Both the position numbers and the translations under genes were made by a program. The notes beneath the pieces were generated by a model. It did no database searches. It worked only from the letters and a program-made list of their open reading frames with translations, and had not been told where the DNA came from. Below, piece by piece: positions 57,501 through 64,000 of a stretch of 64,000 nucleotides of DNA (its first letter is position 1; the number at the start of each line of letters is the position of its first letter). The DNA is from a virus. Taxonomy: Duplodnaviria; Caudoviricetes. The stretch covers positions 32,001 through 96,000 of the IMG/VR virus record IMGVR_UViG_3300028048_000001; one strand, 5' to 3'.

Positions 57501-60292
57501 CCAAATTTACTTTAAAAGTAGATATTCCTAAATTTATTAAAGGATCAAATCTTCTTAAATTAAGAGGAAATGAAAAGAATATATTTATTCAATCTGTAAT
57601 GATTCCTATCACTAAAAGTGATATAGATGAATGCCAGATTATTGGTACTGGTGGATATAATAAAATATTTGTAAGAAGATTTGGATCTAGAAAAGGTCAA
57701 TCTATGCCATCTACCAATAAACTTATTAGAACTTTAAATAGATTGATTAAAAATAATTCTTCAGAAGTTAAAATTATTCCTGGAGATAATACTAATGTTT
57801 GTAATAAATATGAATTACCTATGGATTATACAGATATTGCATCTGTAATAGATTATATTGAAACCAATCAATATAAATTCTATTTTAATCAGGATATATT
57901 TAGAACAGAATATGTTGTAGACGATACTAAAGGTATCCCGATTGCTATAAAGAAAGTATATGATTCTAAAACCAAGAAAGCAACAGAATGTATTGTATAT
58001 TATAATGAATCTATTAAACGAGATTTTCCAACTATTAATGGATATATTGGACTTTTACTTTGTGATGAATCTGAAGAATTTAGAAAAATTTATCTCAATT
58101 TAATGACAGCTGGTTCTAGATATTCTTATTCTCAAGCAAGTATTTTAAATTCAAAAATTCCTGTAGTTATTCTTTGTAGTTATTTAGAAGGATTAATGTC
58201 TGTACTTAAGAAAGCTAATATTGCTTATCAATTTGTAAAAGAATTAGATAAAGGGTACAGATATTCTGATAGATATGATTATATTAAATTTAAAGATGGA
58301 TATTTGTTATATGAAGTAAATTATTCTTCTTCTCTTCTTATGAATGGATTTAAAGAATGCGATACAGAATCTTATTCTATTAAAGATATTAATAATAGAA
58401 TAATGTATATGGAATTCTTAGAAAACTATGGTGGCACTTTAAAGGCTGATGGTATCGAGAATTCTTATGATTGTATGCTTGATCCTATTACTAAAGAAAT
58501 ATTAAGTATTTATAAACTTCCTACAGATTATGTATCTGTATTGATTCATGCCAATAATCTTCTTTCAGATAATAAATATATTAGACACACAGATCAAGCT
58601 GGAAGAAGATGGAGAAGAAAAGAATTAATTGCTGGATATTTTTATAAAGCATTAACTACTGCTTATCAAGAATATGCTAACTCATCTAGACGTAATAGAA
58701 AAACTACAAAAATGTCTATGAAACAATCTGCTGTTATTGATCTTATAGTTTCAATAGATCCTACGACATCAAATTATTCTGCAAATAATGTAATTAATGA
58801 TGTAGAATGTACTAATACTATAACAAGTAAAGGTCTTGTAGGTATGAACCAAGCTAGAGCATATTCTGTTGGGACTCGTACTTATGATAAATCAATGCTT
58901 AATGTTATGGGTATGGATACAGCTTTCTCTGGTAATGTTGGTATCAATAGACAAGCCACTATTGATGCTAATATAGAAAATGAAAGAGGATTAATAAAAA
59001 CGATAGATGGAGATACAGATAAATTATCTGTTGCTAAAACTCTTACTATTACAGAAGCTATGACTCCACTTGGATCTACTCATGATGATCCACAAAGAAC
59101 ATTAATGACATATGCTCAGACATCTAAGCATATGGTTAGATGTTTAAATAATGATCCAATGCTGGTTACAAATGGTGCAGATGAAGCTTTGCCATATCTT
59201 GCATCTAATATATTTTCATATAAAGCTAAACAAGATGGTGTTGTAATAGAATTAGTTGAGCATGGTTATCTTAAAGATAATTACATGATTATACAATATA
59301 AAGATGGCACCAAAGAATATATTGATCTTAAAGAAGAAATTAAACAGAACTCTGATGGTGGATATTTTGTACCAATAAAATTATCTACTGATTTAAAATT
59401 AGGTTCTAAATTTAAAGCTAATGATATTCTTGCTTATGATAAATTATCTTTCTCAAAATCTTTAGGAGAATCTGGAAATCTTGCTGGTGCTATTGGAACT
59501 TTAGCTAAAGTTGCGATAATTAATACAGATGAAGGATTCGAAGATTCAGCTGCTGTAACAGAATCTTTTGCTGCTAAATTAGGTACAGAAGTTATAATGC
59601 CTATTGAAGCTGTTATAGATAAAGGTTCTAATATACAAGTTTATAAAACTCTTGGTGATAATGTAATGGAAGGAGATACATTATTTACATATCAGGCAGA
59701 TTTTGATGAAGATGTTGCTAATACTCTGCTTAAAAATCTTGCTATGGATAGTAGTGGAATCTCTGATCTTGGTAAAAATCCAATAAAAACTAAATATACA
59801 GGAATTGTAGCAGATATAAAAATATATAGAACAGTTGAATTAGATGAACTTTCAGATTCTTTAAGAAGAATTGTTGAAAATTATGAGAAAGAAATTAAAA
59901 GAACTAAAAAAATATATAGTAAATATGATTTAGATACATCTACATTACCTATAACTGATAAATTAGATAATGTTGGAAAAGCTAAAAATGTATATGATGG
60001 CGTAAAAATCATATACTACATTAAATATGTAGATAATATAGGAATAGGAGATAAAATTGTATTTTATTCTGCTAATAAAGGAATAATTAAATATCTTATT
60101 CCTAAAGATAAAGAACCATATACAGACTTTAGACCCAATGAACATGTTGATTCATTTATGAGTTTAAGTTCAATTAGTGGTCGTATGACAATGTCTATAC
60201 CAATTTTTGCTTCTGTATCTAAACTTATGGTAGAACTTGATAGATCTGTTAAAGATATAGCTGGAATTCCTTATGATGATTCTAAAATTTAA
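54506..60292 (+). CDS. rpoB: Virion RNA polymerase beta subunit with long N-terminal extension (DUF6582-like module)
   Basis: DIPKF, YNKIFV.R, G.VG..R, HDDPQR..M...Q.SKH, FEDS, GDKI......KG, GRM; N-terminal LS.KDR..LPDSEFGLP..RRYPMPD.SHV.SAI.FF. Confidence 0.9.
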   Translation: MVSLDDLKELVMYKKPFFLPIDPKDKKKGSAIMLLTPNYKSSMIAMTAPYTINRRYFESYYFERTVTRYIKNESVIYPEDPGEYIFESALSSKDRNDLPDSEFGLPSQRRYPMPDKSHVLSAIRFFNHVEEEYEAELAKNIIKKIKKFDMASEVHVGKNNRFLPYWEKSGLASSINENAEEYLDEFVVSKGIEILNKKIYSSSNLLFSGYKRDIDIVKKYITKDDGVIPFKKLEIDVPKSINVVVTSNPKIEEEITYNSLLIYTPNAFKKRGYEFDYESYIKFIFQLYAIYTIKPITGVHVLDNLAEPLAILLSGIVDDKLDIEENQDKFYVERVFRYIKYTKGMTEIKNILISNNLIAFYRYAKEYSNKYEQFRKNIKESDLYIEQDCYDYLNECKKYESLTEEELAVPESIKKIQNLATNLKRRIRKQSVYKLNKIRRDLLRGNLGKEEKGAGLSTLQQLQTGNISGESKPENVEEGTFEKFKKWSQGDYILEGNLMYLFEDNINYDMFLRKALYKDRLRNVKQAIAIYKNVKATMPFIKYAFPDLYRYNRKNLFYDLSFYNETFFKNFDEINIDDKINSLRKFKVYAELMNRLISSNELTNYSKKTIFIPILDWRHNNSLKMWMYKEDVNPISVIYYYMKFDQMSLKKLFSNYDVVFMGAKNYFKINFSKTDFSKPANITKFMILLRRIIALGYNSPADPDPEGEFEDSPTGIAMDIVDKIEKSQNISIDNVSKFNDLNKSADLFNNDFNKVTNTDNTVTAVKKEIVNDDKDSNLTKISITGKVNVKDRSKSFRGKSISAPVEVEKITVTKDQSDADTKFSSEDKAVNTTSEEDRKDVIIDKIADVANSATSVDDALDKLDNDEFKALIISLQTDSEENVRVDKTRASKIVQIEDEFHKKEVAGKSVKEMLESDPAKTKLESTKLKVSSINNDWNNMSFMNFDKNYDPDTDIVKMLDSMQHWTFPIAVKNINIKDNSTSEDYVDLWTIECIDYKGTKFTLKVDIPKFIKGSNLLKLRGNEKNIFIQSVMIPITKSDIDECQIIGTGGYNKIFVRRFGSRKGQSMPSTNKLIRTLNRLIKNNSSEVKIIPGDNTNVCNKYELPMDYTDIASVIDYIETNQYKFYFNQDIFRTEYVVDDTKGIPIAIKKVYDSKTKKATECIVYYNESIKRDFPTINGYIGLLLCDESEEFRKIYLNLMTAGSRYSYSQASILNSKIPVVILCSYLEGLMSVLKKANIAYQFVKELDKGYRYSDRYDYIKFKDGYLLYEVNYSSSLLMNGFKECDTESYSIKDINNRIMYMEFLENYGGTLKADGIENSYDCMLDPITKEILSIYKLPTDYVSVLIHANNLLSDNKYIRHTDQAGRRWRRKELIAGYFYKALTTAYQEYANSSRRNRKTTKMSMKQSAVIDLIVSIDPTTSNYSANNVINDVECTNTITSKGLVGMNQARAYSVGTRTYDKSMLNVMGMDTAFSGNVGINRQATIDANIENERGLIKTIDGDTDKLSVAKTLTITEAMTPLGSTHDDPQRTLMTYAQTSKHMVRCLNNDPMLVTNGADEALPYLASNIFSYKAKQDGVVIELVEHGYLKDNYMIIQYKDGTKEYIDLKEEIKQNSDGGYFVPIKLSTDLKLGSKFKANDILAYDKLSFSKSLGESGNLAGAIGTLAKVAIINTDEGFEDSAAVTESFAAKLGTEVIMPIEAVIDKGSNIQVYKTLGDNVMEGDTLFTYQADFDEDVANTLLKNLAMDSSGISDLGKNPIKTKYTGIVADIKIYRTVELDELSDSLRRIVENYEKEIKRTKKIYSKYDLDTSTLPITDKLDNVGKAKNVYDGVKIIYYIKYVDNIGIGDKIVFYSANKGIIKYLIPKDKEPYTDFRPNEHVDSFMSLSSISGRMTMSIPIFASVSKLMVELDRSVKDIAGIPYDDSKI

Positions 60293-60298
60293 AATATT

Positions 60299-60332
60299 AA
60301 AGAGAGAGTAGGAAATTTCCTACTCTCTCTTT
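60299..60332. terminator. Bidirectional terminator
   Basis: AAAGAGAGAGTAGGAA/TTCCTACTCTCTCTTT between convergent genes. Confidence 0.9.
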
Positions 60333-60349
60333 AATTATTATTTAGATTA

Positions 60350-60916
60350 TTAATTTTCTTCATCAGCTGTACTATCTTTAATATCATTCATATTATTATC
60401 ATTATCAACATTTTCTATATCATTAATTAATTTATCTGTTGGATCTACAAAAGACATATTATCTTGAGTTTTAAAATTTTCTTCTACTACCATTAAATTA
60501 TAATATAAATCTGGAACAATATTAACATTACCAATATTTTGAACCATTTCTACTATATCATAAAGCCTTACATCATCATAAGATTGTAATGCTTGTAATT
60601 GATAAGGATTTCTCAAAATAGCAGCAAAATAAACCCCATTAATAAAATTAGGATTATTTTCATTTCCTACATTTACAGTAAAAATAGAAATTGGAATAGC
60701 TCTTCTAATTTCTCCACCATTTTGTACTATGATCTCAATATCAGCATTAAATTGTTCAAGATAAAATTTTCTAATAGAATCTTCAATCATTTGGTTTGAT
60801 TCAGATTCGAAAATTCCACAAGACCAAAGATTTGGTATAATTGATTTTTCGCTTCCTTTAGCAACTAAAAATTTTCCAGATGATGTCATGCATACAGTAC
60901 TGATAAACATACCCAT
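60350..60916 (-). CDS. Hypothetical protein, possibly a degenerate Nudix fold
   Basis: GKFLVAK.......PNLW..G..E......ED...K...E pattern, but the canonical REUXEE box is not intact. Confidence 0.45.
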   Translation of the reverse strand: MGMFISTVCMTSSGKFLVAKGSEKSIIPNLWSCGIFESESNQMIEDSIRKFYLEQFNADIEIIVQNGGEIRRAIPISIFTVNVGNENNPNFINGVYFAAILRNPYQLQALQSYDDVRLYDIVEMVQNIGNVNIVPDLYYNLMVVEENFKTQDNMSFVDPTDKLINDIENVDNDNNMNDIKDSTADEEN

Positions 60917-60966
60917 ATACTCTCCTTATTAAATTATTTTTATATTCTATGTAAATTACTAAATAA

Positions 60967-61007
60967 AAAATAAATCCAGAGAATTATATTTTCTCTGGAT
61001 TTATTTT
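60967..61007. terminator. Intrinsic terminator
   Basis: AAAATAAATCCAGAGAA...TTCTCTGGATTTATTTT. Confidence 0.85.
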
Positions 61008-61013
61008 TATAAA

Positions 61014-63563
61014 TTAATATTTATTATTATCTAAATTATATTTACAATATTTTAATACATTTAATAAATCTTCTTCAAATTTTTTATTATCTTTAATATT
61101 TTGAATAAGAATTAAATTTCTATAAAAATCAGAAAGTTTATTATAATTTGATCTTAATACTTTTAAACTAAATTCATTAAAATAATTATTATTAGAATCA
61201 AAATCATGTTTAAGAGTTTTTATTTCAGGTTTAAGTCTAAAATAATATTTTTCAGCAGAATCGGTATAAAATCTATATCCATCTGGTAGTTTTATTTCAG
61301 TTTGATATCTAGATTCTTTATCTTCATCAGATGTATGATTTATATCAATAATTTTATCTGTATTATCGTTTATAATCGTATTTATCATATCTAAGATAAG
61401 ATATATATCATTTTTCTTCAAATATCCATCTTTTATCAATTCATCAAAAATGTCCATTAATTGACCAACAGAATATCCATCTGAATATTCTAAATATTTG
61501 TTTTCTCTAAGTTGATTTTCTCCTCTATAATTATTGTCTTTAATATATTCTTCATGAAAAACATTAGATATTACAGACCATATATAAGAAGAAATCTCAA
61601 ATATGTTTCTATTAGTAAATCTATCATCAGAAATTCTTGTAGCATCTAAAAATATCTGTTTATTGTCTTTACCAAATATATAATTATATAATCCAGTAAG
61701 ATCTATATTTATACAGCCTATACATGAGCATATATTAAGATTCAATTTACTATATGTATCATACATTGTTCCATTTTTATACCAATTTTTTACTTTTGGC
61801 ATAGAACAATTTATTTTATCAAATATTCTTCCTAATCGTACAGTATTTCCATCATATAAAGTACACATAGAATCTAATAAAATATCTTTATAATTAATAT
61901 TTATTAAAAGTGAATCATATTTAAATAGTTCATTATAAATAAAATCACTAAATATATTATTATAGTCATAATATTCTACAGCAGACATATCAGCAAATTC
62001 TTTATACAACATAGAAGTCAATTTTAAATCTTCTTTATTTAAACAAAATTGTACTTTTATACACTTTAAATATTGCAATAATTGCTCTTTTATATATTCT
62101 TCATATTGTAATGGATTTTGAAATTTTACATAAACTTTATTATTTTTTCTTCCTGATATTGTTTTATTTTTATTTAAAATTTTATTATTGACATTACTGT
62201 TGATATTATTCATAATATCATCTATTAAATCATTAATTTCAGAAAAATTAGAAGTAGTGTTTTTATCTAATACAATTACATTACATTTATTAGAATTATT
62301 AATGATATCTGAAATAGAATCACTGGTAGAGATTATTCCATTCACAAGCATAGAAACAGGAATACCGAAATTCTCTAATTCTTCTTGAAGCCAATTTATT
62401 ATTTCTGAATAACATTTTGCTACATTATTATCATTAATTTTATTCTCTTTTATTATATTATAATTTTCATCTAATAACATTATAACAGGAAAATGCATAG
62501 ATATATTTCTGTCTTTATCTAATACATCTGTACAACCTATATTTATTTTATAATATTTTCCTGCTTCATATTGATAGCTTACAATAGTTTTAAAATAATT
62601 CTTTATTTTTTGAGGAACCATAAGTGTTGTTGTTTTATTACCACAAAAGCATTGTATTTCTTCTAAAGAACTAATAATATTATCTACAGATTTTTCTAAT
62701 TGAAAATTATTATTAGATGGGATTTCAATATTATCTTCTTCATTTTCTTTTATAACATAATTTACAACACTTGATTTTAAATCTTGTACTAATTTTTTAT
62801 ACTTACTATCAGCAATATTTTTGTCTAAAATCCATTTATATTTTTTATTATTCTCATCCAAATATTCACTTAATATTTCGTAAAAATAATCGTCATTACA
62901 AACAAATTTATAGTCATTAAAATTTTTTCTTATATCTAGTATTGTAAACTCAAATGTTTTTAATGCTAATACAATATTATATATTATATCTTTAAGCATT
63001 TTAAAAATTTGTTCTTTTCTATTTTCTTTTTGGTCTATAATAGCTGTAGATATATAATTTGATTCGTCTTTATATACCATACAAAAATTAAATTTACCAA
63101 TATTATTTTTTGATTCTTCTATTATAATTTTAACATTAGTATTATTGTCTCTATTAAAATATACAGTATTAGAAATTTCTCCATAAAATCCAAAATTCAA
63201 TTCTTCTATATTGTTATAATCTTTATATACTGTATGTATTACATCACCGTAAGTATAATCTTCCCAATTATTATCAAATATATCAATTTTTCTTGGATAA
63301 TCGTTGATATAAGGCATCTCATCGTCTAATAAGTCATCAAAGATATAAAGATTCGAATCACATTTTGAATTTGCAAAATTTAAAAGTTCATTATTTGGTT
63401 CATCTAATCCAATATATGGATTATTATACATAGACCCTAAATCTATTATTAATCTGATAAGATTAGATCCTAATTCATCTAATATATATATAAATAAATT
63501 ATTATCTTTATCTTCATAATTTTTTAATATATGATAGATAACTTTTGATATTTCTTTAAACAT
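61014..63563 (-). CDS. Large hypothetical protein
   Basis: 849-aa N/I/K-rich ORF; AGGAG RBS; TAATG coupling. Confidence 0.75.
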   Translation of the reverse strand: MFKEISKVIYHILKNYEDKDNNLFIYILDELGSNLIRLIIDLGSMYNNPYIGLDEPNNELLNFANSKCDSNLYIFDDLLDDEMPYINDYPRKIDIFDNNWEDYTYGDVIHTVYKDYNNIEELNFGFYGEISNTVYFNRDNNTNVKIIIEESKNNIGKFNFCMVYKDESNYISTAIIDQKENRKEQIFKMLKDIIYNIVLALKTFEFTILDIRKNFNDYKFVCNDDYFYEILSEYLDENNKKYKWILDKNIADSKYKKLVQDLKSSVVNYVIKENEEDNIEIPSNNNFQLEKSVDNIISSLEEIQCFCGNKTTTLMVPQKIKNYFKTIVSYQYEAGKYYKINIGCTDVLDKDRNISMHFPVIMLLDENYNIIKENKINDNNVAKCYSEIINWLQEELENFGIPVSMLVNGIISTSDSISDIINNSNKCNVIVLDKNTTSNFSEINDLIDDIMNNINSNVNNKILNKNKTISGRKNNKVYVKFQNPLQYEEYIKEQLLQYLKCIKVQFCLNKEDLKLTSMLYKEFADMSAVEYYDYNNIFSDFIYNELFKYDSLLININYKDILLDSMCTLYDGNTVRLGRIFDKINCSMPKVKNWYKNGTMYDTYSKLNLNICSCIGCINIDLTGLYNYIFGKDNKQIFLDATRISDDRFTNRNIFEISSYIWSVISNVFHEEYIKDNNYRGENQLRENKYLEYSDGYSVGQLMDIFDELIKDGYLKKNDIYLILDMINTIINDNTDKIIDINHTSDEDKESRYQTEIKLPDGYRFYTDSAEKYYFRLKPEIKTLKHDFDSNNNYFNEFSLKVLRSNYNKLSDFYRNLILIQNIKDNKKFEEDLLNVLKYCKYNLDNNKY

Positions 63564-63952
63564 TATTTTCTCCTATTATATATTTGAATATTTTTTATCT
63601 GTTCATCTATCCAATCTTTTCTATCTATAGAAACCATACCAGAATTATGATCTACCCAAATAGCATAATCCGATTCACCACAATTAAGAAATTCATAATT
63701 TCTTGGAAAAGTAGAAAGAATATCAATAACTTCTCCTACTGTATAATTATCAAATTCTCTTTTTTCAATTCCATTATTGATATCTTTTTCGTTAATTTCT
63801 TTAATTTTTGCATTACTAATAGATTTTATCTCTGGCCATTCATCTGTATTAATAAATGTTTCAATATGATGATCTACACATTTTGCTAACTCTTCAAATG
63901 CATTATTTTCAATTTCTACAATCATAGATATATTTACTTTTTTAGTTTTCAT
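63563..63952 (-). CDS. Hypothetical protein
   Basis: GGAGG RBS. Confidence 0.75.
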   Translation of the reverse strand: MKTKKVNISMIVEIENNAFEELAKCVDHHIETFINTDEWPEIKSISNAKIKEINEKDINNGIEKREFDNYTVGEVIDILSTFPRNYEFLNCGESDYAIWVDHNSGMVSIDRKDWIDEQIKNIQIYNRRK

Positions 63953-64000
63953 AATAAACCTCCATTAATATAAAATTAGTTATTAAGTTATTTTTCATTA

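Noticed and set aside
1-64000. CRISPR array, rRNA, integrase/transposase, stop-codon recoding; the many short alternative-frame and antisense ORFs
   Set aside because: No regularly spaced repeats or matching motifs were seen. Long genes are intact in the standard code with all three stop codons used. The short ORFs overlap confident genes and lack RBSs.

Overview
Very AT-rich segment of a jumbo myophage of the AR9/PBS1 (phiKZ-related) lineage, probably infecting a Gram-positive host (strong Shine-Dalgarno sites; CHAP and lysozyme domains). It encodes subunits of two multisubunit RNA polymerases. The non-virion beta' gene is split by two group I introns around a 106-nt exon carrying the catalytic motif; the virion beta' and beta genes are uninterrupted. 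Also present: an AR9 gp226-like sigma-like subunit, a GroEL-like chaperonin, primase, RusA, dCMP deaminase, a DUF5664 dNTP diphosphohydrolase, a Tad2-like protein, two HNH endonucleases, the major capsid protein, head and baseplate proteins, and a 3585-aa tape-measure/lysin. Two promoter classes and many intrinsic terminators can be read from the intergenic DNA. The most novel signals are non-coding: (i) two paralogous ~100-nt promoter-to-terminator cassettes (11.5 kb, 14.3 kb) whose RNA would expose an exact anti-(Shine-Dalgarno+AUG) sequence; (ii) a ~210-nt tRNA-like RNA lacking an anticodon arm, with a large domain inserted at the variable-arm position (13.7-13.9 kb); (iii) a structured element at 22.1-22.3 kb. 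The sigma-like subunit appears to carry Gly at the position of the AR9 uracil-selecting Val. All homology calls come from motif recognition by eye, not database searches.
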